Shown here: positions 37,453 to 50,568 of the stretch, piece after piece | How the letters are laid out: every line of letters starts with the position of its first letter | Numbering within the stretch: the first letter of the stretch is position 1 | Assembly (NCBI GenBank): GCA_003344405.1 | Contig: NOWV01000145.1 | Location: 124,001 to 188,000, forward strand | Source of the DNA: Trichoplax sp. H2 | Lineage: Eukaryota | Direction of reading: 5' to 3' | DNA: 64,000 nucleotides | Program-made: the position numbers and the translations under genes | Notes under the pieces: generated by a model | The model's database searches: none | What the model was told of the DNA's origin: nothing | Seen by the model: the letters and a program-made list of their open reading frames with translations, nothing else

Positions 37453-40400
37453 CAGGTATACGACAAAATTAGCAAATAGATTGATGGCAGACTCTCAAAG
37501 CCTGTGCAATAAGACTAATGTTTTGTTTTTTTATCATAAATGATTTACAGAGAGCTGATCGTAATAACTGCAGTCTAGAAAATGGGAAGAACATTGACTA
37601 AATGGGGGCAGGTACAAATGAGGGAAACGTGAACTTATTCATACGACACGCGTGTTCAATTCGCATTAGTAAGTATAATTAAAGATTAAAATAATTATTT
37701 AAATTATTAGGGTTAATAAGCAGCTACAGTAATTCTTTTCTATTATGATTTCACATTCAAGTAGAAATTAGTTATTAACAATATATCGACTATTTTATAT
37801 TCATTCTTAATCATCCAGGTTCCAATGATCGTGATATACCTCTATAGATTAATTTTTCATATGACTCAAGAGATCACCAAATGACTTTTAATCACGTTCA
37901 AAAAGTAGACATCGTTTTAATTGAGGTATTATCTACCTAATTTATCTCATAGATATCGCTTCAATTTAGCCATTACTCACCTAATACGTACTATGAATAA
38001 TATTTAATCAAACCTAAATTACACCATACAATAGACGACGAGTTACTGTAGCATGATAGTACGAAATACTACTGCAGATCGATTTTTTTCTTCGAGAACT
38101 GCAAGAGAGGTAATCGATGTTTCTTTGCACAGCTTTACATATGTACAAATGAATATCAGGTCAATTATAATTGTCTAGATTTCATCTAGTTCGTTATTAT
38201 GTGCATTATGGGGGTGAGACAATTATGCTCGTAGAATTTTATAGTAAATGATTTGAAAGGATTCCACTTTAGTCCAGCTGTTTTTTATCCTGTATAGTAT
38301 ACTTAAATTTTACTGTGTTGAAATATGGAGTTTTTCGACAAGTAAATTCAATTCTTATGATCATATACATTGTAGATACCAGGTACATATATTACAGCGA
38401 TCACGGCATTTTCTTAATTCTGCATGACGCGTAATGACATGCTGCTGTTTGCTAGTACGGAATGCTACAATTAATAAAGAGATTTCATACTTTACTATTT
38501 GGGGATTAACATCTTAATCAAGCCTACGGACCAAAATTGACTATAAGACTTCTAATTCTACTACTACATTTTCCAAATAATTTATAATGACATGCTACTG
38601 GAATAATAATGGAATACTGAAGCAAATAAAATCAATAGTTGTATCTTATAATCATGCTTTAATAAATGAACAATATTTCAATCAAAGCATAATACTTTTA
38701 CTGATATGTAACAAGATGCTGCCATACGCCTCTCATCAAGTCAGTGCTCTTTGTATAGTGTCGTGAGACACTGCTTCTCAGACATATTGAATGCAGCAGG
38801 AAGTAAATGCACTTCTTGTAATTTTTATGATAATTAGCTAAACAATATTTGAAAATTCTGACTTAACTCAAGAACTTTTTTAGGCCACTTTGGCTGCTGA
38901 GAATTGATTACATGGTTTAAAAAGCAGACAAGGCACCAAGTAAGGTATGATTTTGTATAACGTAAAATGAAGCGTACGATCAATGGAATACAGCGCTAAC
39001 TAGTTGAACTTTTGTCTTTTTAATATCTCGACTAATTTTATTTGATATCAATAAGGATTCAATATATCTAAACAAGAAGGTCATGAATTAGAATATACCT
39101 TTTATTTAACAATGGATGGGTAAATTCCGTAGTAACTGTTATCATAAAGGAACTATACTACAATTATACTAGGTTACAGTCTTATTTTTAGTAACAAAAA
39201 TGCAATTAAAGATTAATTATAGACACTAATTTAATCCTTATTTAAACCTTTATTTAGTTTAAACACAATATAAATTAGCTTTAGTTAATTTCAGACATAA
39301 ATTCAAGATTCATGAGCATTACTCATTCATTCCGTGTAATAAAGAAATATGATCTTAGAACTTCAGAGAACTATACCTCGCATTGCAAACTAATTGCAAG
39401 GATAATAAGACATAAAGTAATACATGTCATTTATACAATACTACAAATTGACGAATTAAAATCACAGCAGAAGGTTACTTTTCTGTGAGAAGGATATCGA
39501 TTTCTAAAATATACGGAAATATAAGCCAACTTTATTTAATCTTTGTTTAGACATATGTGCTGAGTGATTAAATATTTCCTAGCAATTTAGTTTGTACATC
39601 TTTTGATCTAAATCTGAGCACTTTTATTTTACACAACTTTTCTTCCAGGAAGACTGGAGTAGAAGATTTTATCGATTTATTTCCTGCAGTATTGTTATTA
39701 AATATTTTATTTTACATAAGTTACTAGCTTTTGCGCTTCTATTAGATACCGTAGTTGTGAATTAATTAATCTAAAACAACGGTAATTAGAAGATGATTTT
39801 ATATGCTATGGATAATGGCGTAGAATAGGAAATTTAAAACCCTTTTACATTGCGTTTATTCTTTCCTACAGGCGTAAAATATTCATGAAAAGTGGGTCTA
39901 ACATGCAGACATTCTTATTCTAATATCAAATAATATGACTTCCTGACCATGAAAAGAAATTTAGCTATCCAAGTATTATATAACTACTTATTATAATAAG
40001 TTTTGTCTACATAGCTGGTAAATTGGAATAGTTTATAAGATTTCAAATTATTCTGTTATTAATTTGACGCTAATTAAAACCTTAACTTTATCATTATTAA
40101 ATTGATAGAGATTTACGGTTACTGAAAACGGAAATTCGTGAATTGCAATTTCTACTATAAAGCAATTTATATTAATAAGGTCATATCAAACTTACAAAGA
40201 GTGATAGTAGTTGCAGAATCGAAACTAGCTGTATTGATAATATATATAATTGATATCAGAAATCGAATTACATTTACCAAATATTGTCGCTTTAAATATG
40301 CTATTATCGATTAATACTTTATTCAATAACTGGATACATTCCTTCCCTTTACTGAAACATATGAGAAATTGTAACAAAGTAAATCAATTTTCATGTTGAA

Positions 40401-41019
40401 TTCATAACTTTGATCTAAAGTAGGCAACAAAAATACTATTTAGCTTACGTCCGCAAAAGCTCGCTTGGGTGATTTGCAAGACTAATTACCGAACTGTAAT
40501 AATAAAAGCATTCTTGATGTAGTTATCATAATTCGACTGTAAAAGAAAAGCTGTCGGCCAATTATTCATCCTTGATTTTATGGACGATAATGTTGTAGAT
40601 TATCATGCAATTAGGATTAAGTATCACAAAGATAGGCTAGCACGCAGTCTGTCGATTTTAGATGCCCTGTATTATAATAAAAATTTACATTCCAAGAATT
40701 ATTTTAATTTCTTAACTTAACCTTATTGCATTATCAGTTGATTAATAACGAAACAAAAAAGTGAACAAACAGATGCTAACTTTTATATTAAGTACGGTCT
40801 TGAAGATATACCGTACATATTATACGCAATTTTGAAATTAAAAATGTGAAACTGACTCAATTATAATTACCAGTTTTTCAACGATTGAAAATTAGGCGAA
40901 AGTCTCATCTAATTTGAATAACTAGAATTACTATAGGTATTACTCTAAAATGTCCAACGCTAATCTAGATCATATATCACAGTATAGCACTACGTTAGAA
41001 TTACGAATGAAAATCCCAT

Positions 41020-41525
41020 TTCGCGACACCAGCTTTTAAAGCAGTGTATTCTATTTGCGTCTTTTCGATTGATAATTGAAAACTTAGATCTCATCGAATC
41101 TGATTAATCAGAATTAGTGTAGATGTCTATTTTAAAGTATTGATGCCTAATCTATGCTTGACATTAAATAGCTAAATTCGTTTTTCTATGTTTTTCAATG
41201 ATGATTGAAACCGAAGCTAAAATCTTATCGAGCCAGCTTTATCAGAATTAGTAAAGATGTCTACTTTAAATGTCCAAGTGAAATTAATTAATTATTTAAA
41301 GTGAGGAACTAATCTATTTACGACCTGGTGAATGATAGATAATTGCAACATTGGGCTAAAATCTCATCTAATACGATTTGTTAGAATTAGTGCAGATGTC
41401 TAGTTTAAAAATTGCAAGACTAATTCATTATTGAAAGGATAAAACTAGTGATTTAAAATTACGCTAAAACTACATCAAAATCCGATTAATTAAAAGCAGT
41501 ATAGTGTCTACTTTAAAATTGATCA
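41020..41525. repeat. Diverged tandem array, about 4 copies of a ~135-bp unit
   Basis: Blocks like aaaatctcatc...agaattagtgtagatgtctattttaaa at ~41110, 41243, 41383 and 41495. Confidence 0.7.
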
Positions 41526-43827
41526 TCCTAATGAATTTTTACTCACCCTAATTGCTTGTCAAAATATTGATCAAAACATCAAGTACCATATGCGCGATAA
41601 CTGAGTTTCGTAAACGGTCATTACTGTATGTTTATTAAAAGCATTATCTAGGCTACCGATTTTTTAAGTTTAGGTTTATTAACGATTTTATAATAGTATA
41701 TCACGATATAATCTCTAGCAAGAATAACCTAATAATTAATTCTGAAAACTTAAATTGCCACTATTGAGTTAATCTATAATAAGCAAAGACGATGGCATAG
41801 CACATAATACTCTTGATAATTTGCAACTAGGCATTATTTCTGCTAGGTTGGACAATTTTTGTCCGTTATTTATTGCATTACTATTTGAGCTACGAATAAA
41901 ACGTGAGAAGAAAGTTGCTCCTTTTTTCTTACTAGACTATTAATGCAGGAAAAAATCCGCTATACAATGGAACACTAAGCTAAATGAACAATGTTTTAGC
42001 ATTCTTTACAACATGAATATCGCAATTGCACAAATACGCTCGAATTCGTAAGCATTTTAGAGGGAATACATCGTAGTAATAGCCATTTGATGCTATGAAT
42101 AACCGATATACAGGGTGCGATAGTTGAGCACAATCATATGTGGTACGATTGCTTTATACCTACACACAAGACAGGTTTGCTTAGCTATTACCAAAACCGC
42201 AACTAATAATTTGCAGAGAAAATACTTAAGGTAACGGCATTTCTCTTACGAAATACTACCATAAGGCATAACAATCAGATCGTAATCCTCTACTATAGGA
42301 AATAAAATCATTGATAATTCGTATTACTTGGTAGAATTTCAGGTGTAAAGAATGAATCTATCTTTAGCATACCGCTGTTACTAATATCCGTGTATGCAGT
42401 TGGACAATCACAATACACATTACAACTATTTATGGATCAACAGTTTAGTTCATTCTTGAATATTTGTCTTCTTTTAGGAATGACCCCTTAATATCGAATT
42501 TACTTTAAATGGTAACTGACTAATAACAAAACTATTAAGGTAATAATGCGTGGTGATCACCTTTGCACATGGTGACAACTATTAGCAAGGTAAAATAAAG
42601 GCTATAACAACATATTAAGGAGGCCTGCAGCTATTTCTAAGTGGTCGTGTATCTTAGTGATACTAGAATAGCTACATAAATGTTAAGCAATGGAATGCAT
42701 TATCAGACATTTAATACTGGGTAGATTGTGCTTGAAGCTTAGAAAATCAAATAAATTGACTGCCATGGTTATTAATAGCTTTATTTGTCATCATTGAATA
42801 TAGCAGCCAATTTGAAGCAATTTACTCAACATTTGTTTAATTCCAGCTGTTTTATACGGGATGCTATTAAGGGAATAGATTCGTCGCTTTGCTTTTATTC
42901 TTAAACATGATCGTCTACTTGATGAAATAAGCAGATGACAACAACAGTCTGTTCTAAAATAAGTACCGGAACTCTTCAGATGTGTAGCTATTTGAGTTGA
43001 TTAGTAATTCTGAATTTGAATCTAGACTGGATTAACAATGATACCTCATCCCTAATCATTTACAAATTAGCACCAATCAATAAGATTATATATTTCATTT
43101 CAATCTTAATTAGAGCCAGCAATGATAGTAATTAGAAACCGGACGTGATAAATCGCTTAATTAGATGATTCAGTCTTGAGTATTAACTACAAACATTTCG
43201 CATCCTTTAAGCTGAACTTAACAAATATAATTCAAAATGTAATCATAATATACAGTAGCAACTACTAAAAGTCAATCCTAAAATTCAACCTCTTACTTGA
43301 TATATTTTGGATTACTTTGCCAGAACTGCTTGACTTTTAATTCGTACTGTACGCATATTCATGTTTATGCTATCGTTACAATTTATGTTGTTGTTTTATA
43401 TGCAAGTACTCGAATAATTCTATTTGCTATTAGTATGATTCTCTTTGTCTAATTCTATCTATCATTTCGTAACTAGAGTAAATAAATTAAATCAATTTAA
43501 TTTAAGTATGCAAGAAAAATTAATTATTGTTCTAGACATAAGAGGGTTCTTTTAAAAGGTCGAAGCTGACTCATACCTTATAATTCTAATTTAATCAACA
43601 ATAAACTACTTGCTATTTGTAAATTATCAAAAGATTGACTGTTGTATAATTAAAATACATTGAATTTGCATTCACCTCATAAACTACGTAAAATATCTCA
43701 ATGACGTGTAAAAAATTTTTAAAAATTATCAGTCAATCTATATTGACAGTTATTGTTTCTAAGACTTGCCTTAGTTAATACGTGAGGTTATGTTGATTCT
43801 AACAGACAACATCATTCATCTATCAAG

Positions 43828-43863
43828 TATAAATACCTGACCTTTCTAAATTAACGTTCATTT
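43828..43863 (+). promoter_or_regulatory. Candidate TATA box and initiator of the ependymin-related gene
   Basis: TATAAATA at 43828-43835 and TCATTT at 43858-43863, with canonical ~30-bp spacing. A TTTTTAG acceptor ending at 43940 suggests a short 5'UTR intron. Confidence 0.45.
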
Positions 43864-43947
43864 CGTAAATACCTTACGGTGAAATCACTTCAACAGTATA
43901 TCTATAAAAGGAGCCTAAAAATAAATCGTTACCTTTTTAGAATAAGC

Positions 43948-45329
43948 ATGAAGCCCGTCTTATGCTACGTAGTCGTTGCCATTTTCTGTTTGACTTTTAT
44001 AGCTCAAAATGTTTCAGCTTGTTGTCCACCGGATAAATTTGAAGGTTTTCGTTATCAAAAAATGGTTGATATCTCAAATAACGATCCTTACCCACAAGTA
44101 GGAATTGATGCATTACGATTTCATTACGATTTTGAAAATGAAAAGACATTGGAACAATTCTATTTCAACGGAAGATTAGTGACTCAAATAACCTTATACC
44201 AAAAAGTAAAGCTTATGTTATATTTACTTAATTTTAATGCTTTAAAATGAGATGTTTATGTAATCATTCATTGCCCTAACATTTGTATACTTATTTTTGT
44301 CCTAAAAATATTAGGGATTAAGGTATAATATCCTCAAAGGAAAATGTACATTTTTTGAAATTAGTTGGCCCCTTCGTCGACGTTGTCTACCAAGTAAGGC
44401 AAAGTTATTTTGTGTATCTATACGTATATATATTGTAACGTTTTTTTATGACACAGTTATTAATTGTTATACGGCTTGGTAAAGTGAAAATTGTGATAAT
44501 TTTAAGCAAATATAAAGCTAGACTGTTATTTAATTCTATTTAAATTGTGTATCAATAGCCAAAAAAATTGTGTAAAAAAAATTCAGCTAAGTTTTAAAAA
44601 AATCAGGATTATCCTAAACCTTTTAATGCAGAGAAATTTTTAATAAATTAATTTAAGTAATCTATAGGTGTGCTTGCTAGAAATATCTGTATGTCATAAA
44701 TAAGATGTTCTAATACTATACTGTAATGTGATCCATTAATTGCTAATAAATATCAACTTTAAAAATTGAAGTTGCATAGTAAAATGAGATATATAAAAGG
44801 AATACAAAATTTAAAATTGAAATAGTTCAAATAATAAGGGAAGAGACAACTCAAATCCATTTCTTTAAAATTTTTTTCATTTTATTACAAAATTTGTACT
44901 CATTATAGTTGCTTTCTTTTAATTACTTATCCAAATTTTAACAATTTTTTTGGTATAAAAGTTACTATATTGCGTAAGATTGTATTTTAAAGTAAGCTAA
45001 TAAAAATATTCTTATTGTAAAAAATAGAAAATGCCCGATTTATTGGATCGATGTCGATCGGTGATCAGCTTATGGACTACTATGAATCTGTTTATGACAA
45101 AAATTATGCTGTTATTGAAGAAATCGTTACACATAAGGATTGCATACCTATAACTAATATCACTGTGATGAAAAGTTTCGTTGACAGCATGGCAGCAGTT
45201 ACTCAACCAGGAGCATTCGATATTCGAATTTTCGCAAATGTTACCGTTGGCATCAAAGATCCAACCATATTTGACCCACCTACTGAATGTCAACGCGTAG
45301 TATATCCGGTCATAACTTCACAGCAGTAA
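43948..45329 (+). CDS. Ependymin-related protein (EPDR), secreted or lysosomal, 3 exons
   Basis: Exons 43948-44205, 44315-44393 and 45028-45329 join in frame. Signal peptide MKPVLCYVVVAIFCLTFIAQNVSA, then CCPPDKFEG, HYDFENEK, GKC, RCLPKNARFIG, DCIPI, and the family C-terminal motif FANVTVGIKDPTIFDPPTEC. Confidence 0.9.
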
Positions 45330-46355
45330 GATGGATCAGGGTCAAATTAGAAAAATAACAGCATATTATGCGATAAATTCTGACTAGTTAATCCGATGAA
45401 TAGAATATAGCAATACGTTTTACAAATAATTATTTCATGATTATTATCTATTCCTGAACCTTAAACAATTTGGAAGTAGTAATGATGTCAGTATGCTGGA
45501 ATATCAATAAAACTTCCTATCAATTATAACTAATGAATTTACGACTAGTAATTTTAAGTTTAAGGGTAATTATAGGTAATCACTAAAAAGTCTTTAATAC
45601 GCTTAAGCGCTACCACAACTGAGTATGAGTCGTACTAGAAACATTCTTGAGGATTTATTGCTCTCAATAAAATGAGCCTTTAAACTGCGATCCAATTTTC
45701 TTAATTTATTGAAAAGCCTGATTGACCATGTACAGTAAATCGAAATCGATATCAAATAGCTTAACTATCCAATTTTGTAGTATTTAATCTAAGTAATACA
45801 CGTCATATTCATTAAAATTGATCAATTTATTTATAAATTGAATGTGGTTGAATGACGTATTATACCTACCATTACAAGAATGGATAAAAAGAGTTAATGA
45901 GTTATATACAATAAGTTACAGTATAATTAGTATCAAATAGCGCTAGGATAACGTACAGTCGTACGAATAGCAACGAATTTACTGATATTATATACTGTTT
46001 ACTTGTGAGAAAGAAGAAAAATGAGAATGGCTGGAAAAGCCCAATAGATGATTAATAATTAAATAATAATTAACATGGAATTGCAGTACATCTATCTACA
46101 GAAGTAAACAAATAGATTATAACAGCAATCAATCAGTCAGCCTGAATACGTGATACAGCATACTGTACTCTTTTATTTACAAGAATCTTCCGGATGTACG
46201 CGTATCAGACGTTAAGTCAATCATCACTGTGGTTCTAATAGTCTGTACTATACACAGTACATTTACTACAGGATGCAGCGAAGGAGAAAATCGCTAATGT
46301 GACAACTAATGCACAATTTACAAAAATTAATTGATATTTTAATCTAGTAACAATC

Positions 46356-48365
46356 CTAACTGGATCGCAACCGTTTTAATTTGGCAAGGGTAGACCTCTT
46401 CAAAAGTGTTTTGTTATTTTGTAGAATCTGATAGAGTAAGTCAGTATAGGGTATTATCTGTTCTTTATAATTATTAATAATATTGATTATAAGGGTAATA
46501 AAATTAGTTGATGATGCCATATCTAAAGCATTTTGATATAGTATTGATAATAATTCTAATATTGTTTTCGAGTCGAGTTTAAGGCGCTTTTGAATAATAC
46601 CTTGGATAACGATATAATGATTTTCATCCCATTTTGATTTATTGGTGTTGTTATGGTGTTTTTGGATAATTTGAGTTAAGAAATAGAAGCAATTATCTTG
46701 ACTGAATGATGTTTCTATTAATGTTTTGATTAATTCTACTTGTGCAGGCTGAAGTTCATTATTCCATAATTGCAGACAACAACCGTCTATAAAAGGTTCT
46801 GAATATCGTTTTAAAAAGCATTCAATGCAATAGAAAAGTTCGCGAGGAGCTGAACTATTTAGTACTGACAAGTGTGGATAGATGGATAGTTGACAAAAAA
46901 TACGACAGTTGTCTAAGTTTGCGTTGAGATCATGATAGCAGTATAGACGGGAAATGGTAGCCAATTTTTCTAAGCTAACCTGATTCAATTGAATTTGTTG
47001 GCATATTATTTGCATTTCATCAAATGAGCTGGTAAGAAATGAGATGAAGCTGTCCTGATAGTCAGGTTCATCCATTTTCTGGATCAAAATTTCGTTTTCA
47101 TACATTAATAATTCTTTTAATTTTTCGCACACATCACTGATGTTTGACCTAGCGACACTGTCGTCTTCTGCCTTGTTTATGGCAATCATAGTCTCTTGAT
47201 TACTTCTTTTGCTATCATTATCTTGACTGTCTACATCACTATCCATCGTCGGAGCTTTTCTTTTATGTGACGTAGTATTTGGGAATGGGTTCCCTGATAA
47301 TTCGGCTTGAAATTTAGCATCGGTTTGTAGAGGTTGATTGTAAGCAATCACTGCAACCTCTCGATCATGATAATCACTATTATTGAAACGGTCTGGAGTA
47401 CTTCTACTAGTTTGATCGCTTGCATTGAATTGAACAGAATCGCTGTGATCCATGTTGTCACGGCTAGCACCATCTACAGTCCGAATATCATCAGTAGTAG
47501 AATTAAGCAACTGTATTTGAGGACCAACGGTCTTTAAAGTATTACAAATTTGAGCTGAGTCATTTTTAAAGTGACTGGATAAACAGTTCTTTTCCATTTC
47601 CAACATTGACATTGTTAAATAATTATTGCTCGAGGAAAGAGTTCTTTTGTCAATATCACATTTTAGCATCCGCACGAACATGTTACTCCAGCTATCCGTT
47701 AGATGATGCTTGTTTAAAGAATCGACCAAATGAATTAAATACTCTGAATGAACAGCGTAATAATGACGATGGATATAATATAAAAGGCTACGTTGGACAT
47801 GTAATGGCAGCCAAAGTAGGACCGGCAGGCTAAATGTATATGAATAAATGAATGAATAATGGAATGAATCAATTCATTAGACGGGTATGCATACTCGTAT
47901 AAGCCAACACTCGTACGTACAGTAATTTCCAATTCTACGTACAGTATATTATTCCTGCAAAAGTCACTCCATCAATGCATTTCATTTGTAAAAACCTTAC
48001 TGAACTATTTGTGTATAGAACTAAAAGCTATCGTTATACCGTATAAATTGCTCTACATTTCTCCTCTAGTATCGTGGATTTTAAAATATTGTTGTACAGT
48101 GGAATCATTGGTTTTACCTGTGCGATTGAGGACATGCAGGATGTTGCATGAGTGCTTTCACTAGAGCATTCCAGTCCAAGCCTGTTTTATCGTGATATTC
48201 ATTTAGCCATTTTTCGATTTCATTACTGTATGGAGAATTCTTCTCGGCTGAATACGAAAGCAACTGATGCCAGGGTTGAGGAAACTGATTTAGGATATCT
48301 TCAAGGCTGACGATATTAGCCTTGACGTTTGGATTCTTATCGTCTCTTGCAATAGAATGGGACAT
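46356..48365 (-). CDS. FANCE: Fanconi anemia group E protein, 2 exons
   Basis: Exons 48365-48118 and 47829-46356 join at phase 2 (LLWLPLHVQRSLL). The helical C-terminal domain (LNSSAPRELF, PAQVELIKTLI, WDENHYIVIQGII, NNKTLLKRSTLAKLKRL) parallels the FANCE C-terminal motifs as I recall them. Confidence 0.8.
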
Positions 48366-48604
48366 GCCGACAATGCAGTATACTGATATACAGTACAGTG
48401 ATAATCCGCTCGGTCCTATCACTGTTACTCAAGATAACTGACCATATTGACTGTTAGCCTAATCCACAAATGGATCGATTACACGATGATGTTGGCCATC
48501 AGAGACGATTTCCAACTGGCCCAATGGCGATGAGCTTGATGAAATAAGATGGGGGGAGGGAGGGGAGGGCAAGGTCTCAGACTCTCCATGGCTACTGAGT
48601 GTAA

Positions 48605-48732
48605 TGTCTACAGTGTACAGTACGTCTTCCGATGGATTGAAAATACTGTACCGTACAGTACTGTACAGTACTGTACAGTATTTTCTGCAAGCTGCGGACT
48701 GTACTGTACTGTACACTGAGTGTACAGTACCT
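48605..48732. promoter_or_regulatory. GTAC palindromic island upstream of FANCE
   Basis: A 47-bp near-palindrome at 48639-48685 (gaaaatactgtac...gtacagtattttc) and perfect 12-bp arms at 48706-48717 and 48719-48730. The function is inferred from position only. Confidence 0.45.
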
Positions 48733-48790
48733 TGCAGCCATTTTGGTCAATATTAAATAATGAATTAATTAATTAATTCAATAAATGTGG

Positions 48791-49346
48791 AAAAAGACAA
48801 ACAAGATATCACAGGCTTGCAATAGACAGAACAGTGCTGTAAGATGTTGTTATGGCCAGGTAACTGGCATGCAGAGCTCAATACAGTATCTATTTTTTTC
48901 TTTTCCGATTTCCCGGTGCAAGTGCTAGAGTGCGTGCATTGAGCTACTTGTGCTATGTTGCACGCCATTAAATAAATGAGAAAAAAAGACAAACAAGATA
49001 TCACAGGCTTGCAAATTGCAATAGACAGTACAGTACTGTAAGATGTTGTTATGGCCAGGTAACTGGCAAGCAGAGCTCAATACAGTATCTATTTCCCGGT
49101 GCAAGTGCTAGAGTGCGTGCATTGAGCTACTTGTGCTATGTTGCACGCCATTAAATAAATGAGAAAAAAAGACAAACAAGATATCACAGGCTTGCAAATT
49201 GCAATAGACAGTACAGTACTGTAAGATGTTGTTATGGCCAGGTAACTGGCATGCAGAGCTCAATACAGTATCTATTTTTTTCTTTCCCTATTTTCCGGTG
49301 CAAGTGCTAGAGTGCGTGCATTGAGCTACTTGTGCAATGTTACACG
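48791..49346. repeat. Three-copy tandem repeat, ~183-192 bp unit
   Basis: aaaagacaaacaagatatcacaggcttgcaa...ccggtgcaagtgctagagtgcgtgcattgagctacttgtgc at ~48792, 48984 and 49167. Confidence 0.92.
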
Positions 49347-49484
49347 CTCATTGACGCCTGTTTACGATGGATTGAGTTTTACACAGTGGCGTTAGCAGGC
49401 TTTCTGACTCTCATGGCGTACGTTGACTAGTATTGACAGTCCGGGGGGAGGACTTGTAGGAAGAGGAGAAAGAGCTGCTTTCTC

Positions 49485-49830
49485 TCCTGATTTGCGTGAT
49501 ACTATAGCTTGTAAAATTGTCGTCCGACTTGCGGACAGAGACAACGGACGGATAATCGGATCAGTTGTAGCCAGTCGTGCGTGATACTGTAGCTTGTAAA
49601 ATTGTCGTTCGGCTCCTGCCTGCGGACAGACAAGGCAGACGGATGGACTCATTTGCCTTGATAGGATTGATTTCAGTTTTAGCGTGTCCGCGATACTGTA
49701 ACTTGTAAAACTGTCAGACCGAGCGGACGGGTGGATCAGTTTTAGTCTGTCGTGCTTCATACTGAAGCTTGTCAAATTGTCGTCACTCGGACAAGGCAGA
49801 TGGATGGACTCAGTATTTGGCTTGCTAGGA
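49485..49830. repeat. Diverged repeat, about 4 copies of a 70-110 bp unit
   Basis: A gatactgtagcttgtaaaattgtcg-like block at ~49498, 49583, 49692 and 49759, with recurrent ggacagaca and ggatcagtt words. Confidence 0.75.
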
Positions 49831-49980
49831 TGATTGCTATTGTACAGTGTACACAAGGTCATTGAATGGCCAGACATCGTCTAACCTGGACTACAATCAA
49901 ATGCCGACAAGAAATCATTTTGTCTTGCTAATGCAATTTTGATGGCCTTGTATAGCAATAGGGACGATCCAATCCATTTT

Positions 49981-50568
49981 AAGTCTCTCTTCTCAACATT
50001 CCAATCCTCTTATTGATAGGCAACATCGATCATCGCCTTCGTCGCTTGAACATCAGGAGAAAAGCGTGATAACATATCGTTCATCGATCAAGTAAAACTA
50101 CTTGTCATCGAGTTGATATTATTGAATGAATTTAGAACTAATTTCAATGCATGAAATGCATGAAGAATTGTAGTCAAGTCTCTCTTCTCAACCTTCCAAT
50201 TCTCTCTTATTAATAGGCAACATCGATCATCGCCTTGGCCGCTTGAACATCAGGAGAAAAGCGTGATAACATATCGTTCATCGATCAAGTCAAACTACTT
50301 GTCATCGAGTTGGTATTATTGAATGAATTCAGAATTAATTTCAGTGCATGAAATGCATGAAGAATTGTAGTCAAGTCTCTCTTCTCAATCTTCCAATTCT
50401 CTCTTATTGATAGGCAACATCGATCATCGCCTTCGTCGCTTGAACATCAGGAGAAAAGCGTGATAACATATCGTTCATCGATCAAGTCAAACTACTTGTC
50501 ATCAAGTTGGTATTATTGAATGAATTCGGAAGTAATTTCTATGCATTTTATGCATGAAGAATTGTAGT
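49981..50568. repeat. Three-copy tandem repeat, ~196-bp unit
   Basis: aagtctctcttctcaa...gcttgaacatcaggagaaaagcgtgataacatatcgttcatcgatcaagt...gcatgaagaattgtagt at ~49981, 50176 and 50373. Confidence 0.92.

Noticed and set aside
47945-48070. Extra small FANCE exon inside the intron
   Set aside because: Candidate acceptors give stops or incompatible phases, and the direct 48118-47829 join is already in frame.
49392-49877. 161-aa minus-strand ORF
   Set aside because: It lies over a GC-richer diverged repeat and has no domain or splice support.
48791-50568. CRISPR-like array
   Set aside because: Whole 180-200 bp units repeat with no unique spacers, there are no cas genes, and the context is eukaryotic.
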